Below, one piece after another: positions 24,001 to 38,332 of a stretch of DNA of 64,000 nucleotides. Below the pieces are notes generated by a model, which saw only the letters and a program-made list of their open reading frames with translations, was not told the origin of the DNA and ran no database searches. Position numbers and translations under genes: made by a program. Every line of letters begins with the position of its first letter. Within the stretch, counting starts at the first letter, position 1. The DNA is from Basidiobolus meristosporus CBS 931.73 (Eukaryota; Fungi; Basidiobolomycota), in the NCBI GenBank assembly GCA_002104905.1, contig MCFE01000024.1:167501-231500 (forward strand). Reading direction: 5' to 3'.

Positions 24001-26884
24001 AGCGTTTCCACATATGCATGCTAATGAGTGTGGATAAGATAATCAGGTTCTGGAGATTTGATGAACTTGGGGTTCTCCTTGGATAGTGGATGACATATCC
24101 AAAATAACCTCTGGAAAGGTTGTTAGAATTTCCATCACCTCCCATAGAGTCACTCTGGTTTAGATCTTGGGGATGGAACCCTCCCTTTCCCTTAGACACC
24201 AGTCCGACGGGTGTAACACCGAGTACCATTTAGACATCTGGTTTCTTGCACACCCTGTACTACTAGTGCCAAGTCGAGTCTACTGACAGCAATCAAAAGT
24301 GATGAGCGAAGTTTGTCACGATACTACGCAGCCCAAGGGGGCTGTGGATCAATTCTCGAAGTTCCCGATTGCATTGCAGAAGATTGTCGGCCTATCATCT
24401 AATGAACGCACCAAATCCTGGAATAGACAGCTGTCTGTCCATTTCGACCCCCTGAACATTTATTGTCCTTGTACACCAGACTTTATCCTACTCTCAACCT
24501 TCTAATCATATGCCGCACCCTACTGATGTCATGATGAACTCGCGAGTTCCAGTACTGTTGCTGACCATCCTTCCTATTCGTCTATGGCACACCGATATCT
24601 TAGCTTAACAAGCTAATACGATATAGATTGAATGAATCTCAGAGTCAGATAGCGCTATATCGGAGGATGGGCGGACTTGGGCCCTTGTGACTCACAGGTC
24701 ACCTAATGGATGGATACATATGGAAACATTTTCTAGAAGCGGCAAGTACCAAGTACATATTAGTAAAGTTTAAAGCCACCGTTTTCATGGTACAGGGTCG
24801 GACCACTGTGCGTTCGTCACCGATCCGGTACCGACCAGCCATCAGAGCAGTGGTGTTGGAACTTCCTTAAGATTTTCGGGATATTATCTGGCTTAGTTCC
24901 AGCAAGTATCGTGATCAATTGTGTAGGTATAGAATACTTGAGCGTCGAGAACTTTTAAGCCCCCACTTGATATTCTTATGTCACAAACTCATCAAATCGG
25001 CATTGTCCGGCGCTAAGTTACTATATATGTTTATATTCTATTCGAAGATAAGAGAATGTAGCACTTTCCAAGTGGAGCGTAGAATTGAAAGCAAAACACG
25101 CCTGACAGTATAATAGATTATCGCATCGCTCCACCTGATCCAGCAAGGTGAATCGCGAAGGCTATAGTGCTCTCCGGGTATCATGCACAGCACTCGCACT
25201 TCCAATATATCAAGTGGATGAGTGAACTTAGTGGATATTCATATCTTCCCCAATGAGTTAAACGAGCAGAAATCAAGTACATACGTGCTTCGTACACCTT
25301 TTTTAACTAAATAAGGAGTAGGTCATGGGATGATATGGATGATGCGGGGATATAGCCGCGGTTTAGGACAGCATTTAACTCCGAAATATTCAGTAATATT
25401 TGAAAGGTGAAAGTTTCAAGGCTATTTACAATTGAGTGTTGTAACGAGAATAGTCAAATTTTGCGCCATGATGACGAATTTCCACATTTGATATTGAAAA
25501 TTTGTGGCTTCAGTATTTGACATTTCTGACTGAAGCCAACTCTACAATACTATTCTCGTAGTCTTGAGTCACTAGGATGAATTTACACCGTTTGATAAGT
25601 ACTAGTTTGTGTTAACCAATGAATTAGAAAGTGTCCTAGTCAACATTAAATATTCTCATAATTAGCCAAGCGGAAACCGTTATCCCATAAGAAATTTCAA
25701 ATCGGATTGTTCTTGGATGTTATGGTGGTATTATGCTCCTACCTTTCCAATGAGGTCATGTGACAGTACCCCACCCCAAATACAGCCGTAAATTTTGCAT
25801 CACTCACAATTTCTCATAAAGATGGTGGCTAGGCTTTATACTTGGTCTAGAAAATAGTGTAGGGGTCAACCTTGATGCTTTTTTTTGCATGTACTCAAAT
25901 GATGGATGTTCTTGGCCTCGAACTTTATTCCTAGATATTAATCTAAGCGCAGAAATTTATTTTGCCTATCATTCAATAACTCGCTAGGCTGTAAAAACTC
26001 TGCAAAGATTACACACTTCAATGGTAACAAAGAGTATCAATACTACAGCTAGTTTAGCAATATACATACCAGTAAGCCAATTCATTCAACTAAAATATAC
26101 CTTATAGTTACATAAGTGCTATCGATTTTGCTCTCCTTCATATGCTTCAATATGAGCATCTATATTTACCAAGTGCATACGGTAACAAAGCAAATCATAC
26201 TCCACTAAGCTTGAGTGCTGCTCCTGCGGTGAAACATATCCATTTGCTACTTATCTTTTCTCCCCGTTCCCAACAAAAAGATTGGAGATTCCTTAGTTAC
26301 TTGCGATTGTTAAATGCAATAATTGAATTAGGTGAAATTTGGGATATACACAATAGTAAAGTTCTGACAACTTAGTATACTAGGTTATCTTCCATCAAAA
26401 TTATTATGTAAACCTGATCTATGGATATATATATATATCCAATTGAGCTATGGTAAAGGAGTAGTGGTGCCTCTAAGCAATCAGTAGGCCCATGCCAATG
26501 TAATACACCAGCTTTTCAATGCTGACTCAAACATGAATAGGTATATTATACATATTATCTTTACCAAAACGACAGGTACCCAGAACATGAGAGTGTGTAA
26601 GGTTGTCCAAGCTCCTCCAAGCTTTGCACACATGCTCCAGGAGCTTTCCTCGGCGTACTGTATGGGATTATCTTGGCATCATCGAGCCAGAGTACCAAAC
26701 CACTATTACATTGAGTAAAGCATCAAGTGGAAGCCGCATAATCTGCTGTAAGCATTCAGCTCATACCTAGACCAAGCATATACCGTGACACTCTACAAAG
26801 CCTATTGTTAAACTATGAGTTACTTAAGATTAAACTTGTAAGATATCAGCTTCTTCTTAGCAGTAGTGAAGGCATGGTAGTTAT

Positions 26885-27078
26885 CAAGATTCTCAAACTT
26901 GTTCGAAAGCCCCCAGGCATTGCACACCACTTCCTGGGACCTTTTTTTAAAACGTTCTTATCATTGGTTCTACGAATTTTCCCTAAAAGTTAATTACTTT
27001 ATCGGAGCAAGAGGGGAATATCTTACAATTCTTCCAGCTCTTCAAATCATATCCAAAACTCCCCAGAATCTTACAACA
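26885..27078 (+). mobile_element. Divergent partial LTR related to family B
   Basis: AAGATTCTCAAACTTGTT...TTGCACAC...TGGGACCTTT aligns with family B and ends CTTACAACA. Another partial copy lies at ~26560-26650. Confidence 0.55.
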
Positions 27079-30000
27079 TCCAGTACTCTGATTTAATGCA
27101 GCCTGAAGGTATCAAGTCCTGAAACCTATCCATATCATCCTAAACTTTATGTATCATCCAATAAGATTTCTCTTATGTAGTAAAATTAGTCTTCTGAGAG
27201 GCTTCCCTATACACATCAAGACTAAGCTTGAGCTCAACTAGGCAACCAGTGTTTATTAATAAAGGTTTCTAGAAAAGCGCTAAGCTGGTGTCAATTATGC
27301 ATATTAATTGTAATCATGGTCATACACTTCCTGAGTATTATGATGATATAGACACGGTTTGAAATGTCATGGATTCAATGATCAATTACTCTATGGACTA
27401 CCTAGGGTATCAGCAGCCGCAAGAAACGTGCCTTATGCGAGAGCTCTTACAAAGCTGAAAATAACTTCTGGGCGTGGTTAGCTTGTAGTGTAGCTTGGAT
27501 CCATCGATGGTAAATTAATGAATGTTGATAGTTGACCGATCTACTGATGCAAGGGAAGTAATGTAGGGAGAATCAAGAGAAAGTTTCATATAATTTGCCG
27601 TGCATTGTAATATACTAAGAATGTGTGAATTTTTTGCAAGAAATAGTAGGGATAGTAATGCTTGGTCCTTTAGGGGATATATCCAGAGTGGATGCAAGTT
27701 GGATCAGCATGTTTAATTTAGGGGCTTTTTGGGATTCATCCTAGACGAACTTGGAGAGTAGAACATGGAGTAACCCATCTTGAGGGAAGGGACAATGCTG
27801 GAGGTACCTGGATCTATGACCTCCGAATCGTCTCACACACATAAGCTTAGTACATATCACAACTTCCCCAGAAGCCATGTAAGGTGGCTAGGGGAGGGTA
27901 CCATAGCTCTATGTGAAACCACCCTCGATTCGATATAGGAAGCCTTTTGGACGGATACATTGGGAGAGAAGGAGAATGCTTCCACCGTTCTGTAGAGACA
28001 AATACTAGTAAAAGGTCGAGTTCACATGTGATGTGGTAACATGCGCATCGACGAGCTGAGGCCAATTCTTGATTTACGTGCGATTTGATTCGTCCACTCG
28101 AGTACAGAATTGATCCAGACTGAGCAGCTGCTATTTTTAACAGCATCGCTTTGGGATGAGATCTTTGTAAGGTTGAGCACCCATGTGAGAATTCCCATGA
28201 CATGCTTCAGTAAATGAGGGGAGTCCACAGGGCTGCTTATGGGCCATTGATTCGGTGGTGATCTTGAACCCTACAGATACCATGCCCCAGCGAGAACCCA
28301 AAGGGCAATGAGAATTCAGACTCCTCCGATGCTTTGGTCATCTACTTTGGGGATTTGACCGATACGACTGGTAAAATGACGACCCACTAGATCCGACAAA
28401 GGATGGGGTTGCGGTCGAAAAGATGATCGTGGGATTTTGTTCGCAAGGAACAAATGTAGGCACAGGTACAACCATATGACTTCTCATGTAACACTCATCA
28501 TCTGGGCTTCGTTTGTTAACATGATCTCAGTTTGTGCGAGATCGGATCTTTCCCGGAGTTTAGCACCAAAGCCTGGATGGCCGGCCACGACGAGCATCTG
28601 GAGGCCGGATGGCATCAGGATTTCAATCTCAGCCATCACTCCATCGACGGCAGGACGGAGCATTGGCATGAATCCTTGACCGATGAAATCAATAGATGCT
28701 ATTTCCCGATTTCTGGCATTGTTTCAGCCCAACACCAATCCAAGCCGCTTGCCCATGTACAGTCAGTTGGATGTGGGTGTACCGAGTGCATCCAAAACCC
28801 TGGCAGCACTGGCGCAACGTCAGAGACTGCTAGTGACCCTACGAAACAAGCCTTCCGTTCCCAAGGATAGCGAGGCCATGTGATATTATGGAGGGGGCGT
28901 GTTGTTCTCAGCACCTACATGACCCAAACTCTATTCTGCATTGTAGTGCTGATCTCTCGCAACGATGTTGTCAGATGTATGCCACTTCTGAGGCACTTGT
29001 CTATGCACGGAAGAGCAGCACATTACAAGCCATCTGCTCTAATCCCACAGCAGATTGGAAAGATCTCCAAAACACAGAAGCCATGGTAGTCGTTGATGAA
29101 AGGGGCGCTGCAGTTGCTTTTCGCTCCCATCGCAACTGGCTGATCCTATCCCAATGCATGTCGAGGGCCTTCTAGTCAGGTGTTCCTGGCGATGCCAGCC
29201 TGGGACGCGTATCCCCCCGAAAATCAGTGGCCAACCCCCTCACTATGAGAATGAAGGCCTACGGTGCGAGAGCAGCGGTATGGGGCTAGGAGACCCAAAT
29301 GAGCGCGCATCGTCGGAGGAGCTGGCTCCGCCATTCTCCCAGTTGATTCGATGCGTCCAGACACTCTTTGATCAACTTTACCTTGCTCGTGGATTTCATG
29401 TATTAGGTGCCTCGTTTTTGCGTACACAATTAATCCTTTGTCTTTATTGAGTTGAAGTCCTTCCTTTTTTGTTGTTTCAATATAATTCAGTCGTTTTCCT
29501 CACTAGATCAGTCTCATATGCTTGTGTATATTAACTCGAATCTTCCCAAAAGTAAATAAATGAAATCACTGTGTCAAACTGTCCAACTGTTTCAAGTTGT
29601 AATATAAGCAATACACTTGAAAGCATTTAATCTCTATTCTACTATCTGTACAATTTTACTACTTTTCTAACAGGTCTTTAAACTTTATCTACGCCCCTTT
29701 CTCTGATTAATCATATACACTTCCTTTCTTTAAGCTGGTCTATCATCCTTCCTTCCGCAAACACTCTATTTTTAGCCGTCACCTGCTTATTCAGCCATTC
29801 ACATCTAAGACTACCTACTACTACTACGCTGGCCGTCTGAATAACGCCAAGAAACCTTTTCGCACACTCTAACCTTTAACACCTAACTGGCTTGGAAAAA
29901 TCCGTTTCCTCCTTAACGACTTCGTTATACCACTTTGGCTTATTGCTCACGAATCTAAACCCCATATACAGCTTCTTTCTCCCGTTCCCCTTCTCTCATC

Positions 30001-30094
30001 CAAAGTAATTATTCGCCAAGGTGCTTGATTTCTTGCTCTGCTTCGCCAAAGGAACTTCGTCAAAATTCTCGCCTTACTTTGCCTCCTTCACTTT

Positions 30095-32749
30095 ATGTCC
30101 GATCCACAGCCCACAATATTAGTTACGGAATCACCAATTCGTGAGGCTCCGGCCTCTGAATTTAACTTGAGGGTACCTTGCTTGTATGTCCAACAGCCAA
30201 ACTCCTTGTTTAACATAGTTGCTCTCTGTAGCTACTCAAAAATCTTAACCCCAAACCACGCCAAGACTCTTGTTTAGACTCTACTGACACAACGGAAAGC
30301 ATACCAACAGATTTCATCAGAGATTCGCTTGACACCTTCAACAACGATGCGTTTCTCGATGAACTTGCACCCGGATTGAGAATTGAACAGGAAGCGGCTA
30401 TCATTGCCAAGAAATTGTACCTTGATGACAAGGATATGTTTAAGAAGGAAGAAATCGCTCAATTCCTTGGGAATAGGTATGTCTATTATGGCGCGGTGGC
30501 ACCAAAACCTAGGTTCTAAAATGAATATTCCTAGGGGTGAGCTTAACGCTCTAACTCTAGAAAAATACCTGAACCATTTCGACTTCTCTCGCATGAGACT
30601 TGAGGATGCCTTCCGGTAATTGGTTAAAGACATTTGCCTGTCCACAAGCACACAGCCCATAACATATCATGGTCATCCATGTAGTTTCTTCTGCTCAAGG
30701 CTATTCCTGAGAGGGGAATCACAAGCGATTGATAGGATCTTGAATCAATTTGCGCGCAGGTACTGGGAATGCAATCATAATGGTGTTTTTCCAAACCAAG
30801 GTATAACCAGTAATCTAGAGTGTAACAGTCAACTACAGAAACTCATCAATTTCCTTGATGCGCTGCATCTGCTAGATACTGTATATACGATTGTATACTC
30901 CTTGCTACTGCTCAATACGGATCTGCACGTAGCCAATATCAACAACAAAATTTCGAAGCATGATTTTGTCAAGAATACTTTAGCTACTGTTCGGGCCTGT
31001 ACGCTGCTCGATACGAATCACGACAGTTCTATACATTCATTTGCAAGCCGAACCAATCTCTCCAGCAGATCCAGTAGCTTCGGCTCCGAGAGTGATTGCA
31101 CAATTTCTGGAAGTCGGGCTAGTTTGCAAGATGACCTCACCTCTCTATTAAAAGAAATGTATACTTCGGTAAAGCACAATCAAATCCCACAGCCCTTCGA
31201 TTGTAAGCCGAGACGGAGGTCTTCCTCCATGGGAATGATCGGAAGTCTTGGATTAACAAGATCTCACTCTGTCCATACTTTGAGAAAAGTCCGAAGCAAG
31301 CTAAGCTCAAAGCCGTCCTCTCCAATCATCAGCTACCGTAGTAGTCGGAATTCATTCAACACAGAAAGTAGCAACACCTCCGTTGGATCAAGTGAGCCGC
31401 CTTCGCCCAGTAGAACCATTACAACTTTGGGTACCTCGGCGGGGATAGATTCTTGCGGCTATTCCAAATCCGGTCAACTCGCACGAAAGCATCTTTTTGA
31501 GAGAACTGATAAGAAGGCGCACAATCGTCAATGGAAGAACTGTTATTTGGTAGTTAACCGTGGTGACCTAAAAATGTTCAAGTCTAGCAAAGGTCACTCA
31601 TGCAAAGATGGCAACGATCGTATGGTAGGAACATCTCTCTCCGTAATTGGCAAATCAGTATCAATGACGATTAACTCTACTTCAGGAAACCGGTGTGCAA
31701 ATGGGCCACATCCCGCTGCGACACAGCTTGACTATTGCACTTCCCCCTCCTGGATATTCACCCACACGGCCACACGTTTTCGCCGTTCAACTCCCCAATG
31801 GTGGGGTTTATTTGTTTCAAACAGAGTCACGTGAACAAGTACAGGAATGGGTAAACGTATGTAACTATTGGTCTGCTAGAGAATCCAAAGAACCCATGCC
31901 CGGTGGTGTATGTAACATCGATTATGGTTGGATGTCAAACTTCGAGCCCAAGACCACATTAAGCACTGATCTTCACTTGCCTGTTGGCTACGATGATCAT
32001 GTCTCAATCAGCGAGTGGGCTCAGCCAACTAATCCAATGATAAGATCGAATCTGAGTGAGGTATGTATATTGGCGCAGGTTTTTTACACGGCCTCCGTAA
32101 TCTGATTACTTCGTACTAGGATGTCCAACTTCAAACGCTAATCCGTCACAACGCCTTCCTTGAGAAGGAGCTGGCTGAGCATATGGAGCTGAGAAGCGTG
32201 ATAGTTCAGCGGGTTCGTCTCAAACATACGATAGTAGATTTTACTCCGTATGGCTAACATCCAACCCCTTCACCTCGGTTTATCCAGTTCTCTCCGAAAT
32301 CTTCCAACATGCACCGCGCCTTTTCAAACTGGGAACGGAAATCACAGCATCTATTACGGGAATTGATCAAATACCAAACCTACGCCGATACACTCAAACA
32401 AGCCATGGACTTTCCGTCGGACACGGAGGACGATGCCACTTATGCCAGTGGACCCCGCCATTCGAGCTCGGATGTATTTGTTCCTAGCCCTCTGCGGCAA
32501 TCCCAAAGATCAGTCACCGCCCCGGCCAAACTAGCCCAGAATGAAGACCACAAAGCCCACCTCTGCAAGGAAGATTTAGAGAAAACACGGTCACTTCAGA
32601 TAGCTGGACTGAATGAGGTGACTGAAGAGATGAGTAAAATAGGTGTATCATATGATTCCGTATTTCCCAATATGCCAGAGCTAGAGCTAGACGACGAGAG
32701 TGTCTACGAGCTATGTAGAGAGCACCTAAGTTCGAGTGACTCCGAGTAA
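30095..32749 (+). CDS. Sec7-domain Arf guanine-nucleotide exchange factor with PH domain and C-terminal coiled region (EFA6/Yel1/Syt1-like), ~732 aa, 8 exons
   Basis: Exons 30095-30172, 30232-30476, 30535-30615, 30685-30800, 30876-31624, 31686-32060, 32120-32212 and 32288-32749 (all GT-AG) sum to 2,199 nt in frame. Sec7 motifs FLRGESQAIDRIL (catalytic Glu) and YSLLLLNTDLH; PH motifs RQWKNCYLVV, RPHVF, WVNVCNYWSAR. Exon 1-2 junction least certain. Confidence 0.92.
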
Positions 32750-35643
32750 CCTTTTCCAGCCTTACCACAGCCCACAGGACATCCTAGAGATGACACCCTT
32801 GGCTGCAAAGCCGTTTCCCGGCAATGTAACTCTTGATGGCGTACTGCTTCCTCCATCCCACATTGTTTTGTACCTCGTAAATTTTTGGGATTCGTGTTTA
32901 TCTTGACATGTCTTGCAGTTGCACTTACCAGCCAATTTTTGAATGTATTCATCCAGAGGCTTTATATCCTCGCTCGCATACACCAATTAAAGACACTAAC
33001 GAATTTTTGAATCCCCTTACATGTTTGTAGGTACTCAAGTAGGTAGCCTCTCGTAACTACCCTACCCCCACCCGTCATCCCCGCTGTATCTTCTTAGAGC
33101 CCGAGATATGTTGCAGGCTTTAAAAGCGCCATCATTGCTAATCTAACCCAGACCCGCTTAATGACAAGAATCCTCGTGAATTCCCAATAAAAGTTTCCCA
33201 CGAATTGAAATTTACCTGGTACATGGCGAATGCCAAGTATAGCACCGTGTCAGGAGGGAGGACTGACAAAGATGGGCTCTCATCAAATGCGCGAACCAAA
33301 CTAACCTTCATATGGATCCATGTTACCCAAAGCTAAGCTAACCCCCACCAATCTCTTGGTGCCAAGCCTATTTGGCCCGTTCGTATCACCAATAGGGAGG
33401 GGAGCATTCGTTCGACAGGGAGGTTGAGCTGGTGCTACGAGACACCAAGGATGAGGCCCGTGGATTAGCCAGATCTGGTTCGGATCACGCGAAGGGGCGA
33501 CACCGACGTTGTTGGTTTTTGGTGGAACCTCGGCATTCCTCTGGGTGGGCAGGAATTGGGCCGAGTTGAGAAGGAAACCGGAATCCCCCGTGGATCTTGA
33601 TGTCGAGCCATTCATGATTTGTGACACTTGGGGCTACAGGTAGAGAATATCCGTATCTAGGATCCTATATACCAGGAAATGGACTGCCATCATGGCGCGA
33701 TGTCGTGGTCAACGGAATCTCCCATCAGCGGCCGTTTCACCGTCAATGGCTTCCATGCAATGAATGGTGGGTGGTCCCAGCGGTAATGTAAGAGCTGAGA
33801 CTCTGTTCCCCCCTCCGGTACTCCCTATTCTGTCATACCGACTGGTTGGCGAGAACTGGGCTTCCACAAACGGGTTATACGGCTGGATGCATCATGCATT
33901 GGTGCCACCTGTACCACGATGGTTTCTATGCAATACAGAGAACAATCATGCCTGGTGACTTCTAGATGAAATCCATCCGCCATCGCTCTCAACCACATCC
34001 ACATCCACATCGTCATCGTCATCATCATCTCATCAACCACAACCGAAATGGGGTTTCGTCACCAGTTCTGGACCATTCCAAGGGATCCAAGGTAAACGAA
34101 ATAAGCTGGCAGTGCACTCATCATGGTTACCTGAACCCCCTGCAAACGGGCCTCCAAGAATTCTGTACAGAGGAGCGAATGGCCCATAGCTGGGATCAAC
34201 ATGTTGACTCCGCATAGGATGGCTGATCTGCCACCGACCATCGTCGGCGGATAGAGAGGGGCTACTTTACTGGGCCTTCAACTCTTGGAGGGGAATAGGT
34301 TTATCCTCCTCCTTCTTGACCGGTGGATCCCAGCTGAGAGAGGAATCACACGTTGGAGAGGACTATTACTCGACTCTGAACTGGATTTCCATTCGCCGGC
34401 AATCTCCCCTCGAGACTCCGGACCTCGCGCGTGGCCAATCCAGGAGGCATCGTGTTCAGGTCAAAAACAATGCTGCAAATCGAGCCATCTCCCAAGTGAG
34501 GGGTATCAGTGGACCTTGTTTGTGAGGGGGAGGGCCCTGATCGTTTTGGGCGGGTAGTATACTTGATGGCGGCGGTGGCCAAATTTCGCTTTTGGCACAA
34601 CATCAGTGTTCTACCCCCACATGGGTGAACAGAGGGTCATCTCTACCAAGCATGTTGCTGCATATGGGGCTTGGGATTTGCATGAAAGTCGCCGGGTATC
34701 ATGGACTTGGAATCGGCTGGACACCGATGGATTTCGGCAGTGGGTTGGGCTGCAGGCGGGGATTGGGAATTGCAAGTGAATCGGAGTGGATTAATGGAAT
34801 GCGGGATACTCGTAGACATTTCGAGTAATAATACCAGGCAGCGAGTTTTGATAGATCCCAAATCTAGGTGGCATAATGCCCTGGGAGGGTCGTGTATTTC
34901 GGGAAATTCGTGGGGAAGGCATTGAACAACTCTGAATTCCCCGTCTACCATTATTGCAAAACTTCCTCTAGAGTTGAGTCCCAAGTCCAAATTCATATCT
35001 ATCGGATTGCCTTTGTAGAACTCAAAGTAAATGATTCGTTAGTGTCACACCAAATATCCGAAGCAAATTGAAGAATGGATGCGGGTTTATTGAAAGTGGG
35101 CCTGGGACTTGGTAATCATTTGGGAGAGTACACTTATGGCTTGGTCAGTTGGGTGTCAGCAAAGTGCCTATGCTGTGATTTAACAAATCGAACTATATCC
35201 ATATGAAAAATCTCAAAGTTGGATTTCATTGGATTTTTGGCGTGTGTTTCTGCTCCATACTTTCAGTTGTTGTTTTTGGTGGAAGTAATGAGCAGCTGAT
35301 TACCAAACTTGGGATGAATGCTAGTTGGCCTAGTCTCGCACTGGAAAGGATGTCTGCCTTTCTGCTGTGAAGCTAGTACCTGAGAAATTGAGAGTTGTCA
35401 CTTTTGACAAAGATGGAATCCAGCTGATAAATGATGCTTTTATGTAAATATTATTGAGCTCAAATAAGTATTGATAATTCTAAGGCATTGTAGCGGAGCT
35501 AATGATAAGAGTGCTTTGAAAACGGTCATATGAAGTGGTGTGCATGGTTTGGAGACTTTTGGATAGGCTTGAGAATGTCACACTTTCCAGGCCCTCACAA
35601 ATTCCATGCATTAACAGATTTCTTACAGACTTAACCTGTAATA

Positions 35644-35974
35644 TGCTGTAAGAGTCTTGGAGATATTGGAAGTGATTGGGAGGACAAGTAGATTATGTGG
35701 TTTTCACTTAATGATATATTGAATATAAAAGTAGTATTAATACTTTTACATGGTCTTGGCATAACAAACATGCAGAATAGGCTTATGAAGGTCCTAACAA
35801 CATGTGTGCTAAGTTTGTGGCTGTTTGGACAACTCTGAGAATTTTCATGTTCTGGGTAGATATTCTAAGTAAGTCCCAACAAGGAATTTAGTCAGTATTT
35901 TCTAGGATTTGAAGGTAATGATCTAGGTGACTAGGTTAGGTGAATATTGAGGTGGAATTGCAAACTTTACAGCA
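35644..35974 (-). mobile_element. Solo LTR, family B, with intact TSD
   Basis: Family-B sequence flanked by TAATA on both sides. Confidence 0.9.
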
Positions 35975-36491
35975 TAATATACAACCCATAGCCTAGTAGT
36001 AACCTAGATAGAATTCTTAGACATGTCAATGGCTTATGCATAAGCACAGTTTCTCTAACATCCTGTTTAGGGGTAACCTTTGCAATAACTTGAGTTCATT
36101 TTAACCGAACACCTAATGAAGATCAGCCCATCTTGTTGTTGTGGAGGCTTTTAAATATTGGAGATTGTTGGGCAAGCAAGAAGATCAAGTGGCTGATTTA
36201 TTGGAAGTAAAGATGGTATTTATACTTTATATGTTGTTATAAGATCAAATGCATGGAATATGTCTAGTAATGTCCCAAGAGCATGTGCACAGAGTCTGGG
36301 GCTCCTTGGACAACTTATTAATCTTCATGCCCTGGGTATATCTTAGTGAGTTACTCTAAGTAAACTTCAGGAAGGAAAGAGTGTAGAATACTCTAAGATT
36401 TGTAGGATATAATCTAAGCAACTAATCAATGTGAGCACTGATGTGCAATTACCAAACCCACAACATCCATAGCTCTCTTTACCCAAGTTAC

Positions 36492-36840
36492 TGTTGTAAA
36501 AGTCTTGGAGATATTGGATGTGATTGGGAGGACAAGTAGATTATGTGGTTTTTACTTAATGATTTATTGAATGTAAAAGTAGTATTTATACTTTCACATG
36601 GTCTCAGCATTACACACACATAGAATGGGTTAAGGAAGGTCCTAAGAGCATGTGTGCAAAGTTTGGGGCTGTTTGGATAACTTTGAGAATTTTCATGTTC
36701 TGGGTGCCTGGTATTTTGGTGAAAATATTCTAAGTAAATCCCAACAAGGAATCTGGTCAGTATTCTCTAGGATTTGAAGGTAATGATCTAAGTGACTAAG
36801 TTAGGTGAATGTTTAGGTGGAATTACAAATTTTTACAACT
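36492..36840 (-). mobile_element. Solo LTR, family B, with intact TSD
   Basis: Family-B sequence flanked by GTTAC on both sides; right-hand terminal base is T instead of A. Confidence 0.9.
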
Positions 36841-37970
36841 GTTACAGCCTTCTTGACAGCAAATAAGCAGTCACTTTATTAAGCTTAGTCCTAAGTATTG
36901 GTCATAACTGGAGATATGTATCTTTATCTTGAAATCTTGATAAAGAGCTTGAGCAGTATACTAGAAGACATTTCTGGAAATCCAGGTGTACCATTTTCAT
37001 AGAGGCTATTGAAGCATAAGTATCCATAGTACAGCTAACAAAAACACTATTAACACAAATGGAAGTTGGTCTCATTAGTAACTATACTATACCTGTCTTG
37101 CTTTATAATGCAAATCAAAGGGACATCATACTAGTCAAGCCAAAAATGCAATGTTTTTTTATCTAAGGTTCTCATTGTTGCATGATGTTAGCAGCTTGTT
37201 CTGTGGCTTCTAAAAGCACTTAAACCCAAAGAGGGCAATGATACTAGGTGCTAACAATGCTGCAGTAAGCATAGAGATATGATACATAACTGGGAGTGCA
37301 AGCAGAATATTTGATTTCTACCTCAGTACATCTTCATTAGTAGTATGATGTTAGCATATATTGTTTTGAGTGCTTTGGCCATATTGGCAGTGACTTGGAG
37401 AACCAGAAAACTAGGTGGCATTACTTCATGATTTATTTGATACAAAAGTAGTAACTATACATTTACATAGAACTGGCAAAAGAAATATGTAGAATGCATT
37501 TGTAATATCTTCAAGAGCATCTGTGCAAAGTGTGGGACTGGTTAGAAAGCTTACTAACTTTACATGTTTTGGGTCTCTGATATTTTGGTGAGAATATTCC
37601 AAGTAAATACTTATAATGAGTTTAGGCAGAATTGTCTGAGACTTATAGACCATGATATGAGGGATCCAGTAAGCTGAATATTTAGGTGTACTTTAAGAGC
37701 TTACAACACATACATGATACTATTAAAGTTGTAAGAGGATGTGTGCAAAGCATGAGAGCTTTGGGTAAACTTGGGAATTTTAATGCCATATATACAAGAT
37801 ATAAAGGTGATCATAATGCAAGTGTATTCCAACAGCAAATTTGGGTAGCAAACAACAAAACTATTTGACATGTTCTTGATAAGTCCATTAAGTAGATATT
37901 TATCTTGAAATCATAGCTAACATCATACCCCAATTGTTGCAATACTGCTCAGAATATTGAAAGTGATTTA

Positions 37971-38332
37971 TGTTGCAAAATTTGTGTTGCACCTGTATAA
38001 TCATCTAACTTAGTCACTTTGATCATTACTTGTAAATCTTAGATAACTTGGAGCAAGTTCCTTGTTGGGTTTTACCTAGAATATTTTCACCAAGATATTA
38101 TGCATCCAGAAAATGATATTTCTCAAAGCTGTTCAGACAGCCTCAGACCTGGTACACATGCTCTTAGGACTCTTCTAGACATATTCTACATGTTTGCTCT
38201 GTCAAGAACATATTAAAGCATAAATCCTAATTTACATTCAGTGTATTATTAAATGGTAACTACACAATCTACTTTTTCTCCCAGTCACTTGCAATATCTG
38301 CAAGACTCTTGCAGCATATCATGAGCCCCAAG
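37971..38332 (+). mobile_element. Family-B LTR (37971-38316) with degenerate PBS
   Basis: TGTTGCAAAATTTG...CTCTTGCAGCA followed by TATCATGAGCCCCAAG. Confidence 0.75.

Noticed and set aside
27776-28012. FMO-like motifs LEGRDNAGGTW and SVETNTSK
   Set aside because: Separated by stops, with no GxGxxG upstream or FxGxxxHS downstream; may be chance.
28634-28651. HHSIDG resembling the NRPS condensation motif HHxxxDG
   Set aside because: Wrong spacing and no other C- or A-domain motifs.
29230-29340. Kinase-tail-like GQPPHY...DPNERASSEEL
   Set aside because: No HRD, DFG or APE motifs in any nearby frame.
30620-31834. 404-aa ORF as a stand-alone gene
   Set aside because: It is read-through of introns 3-5 of the spliced Sec7-PH gene.
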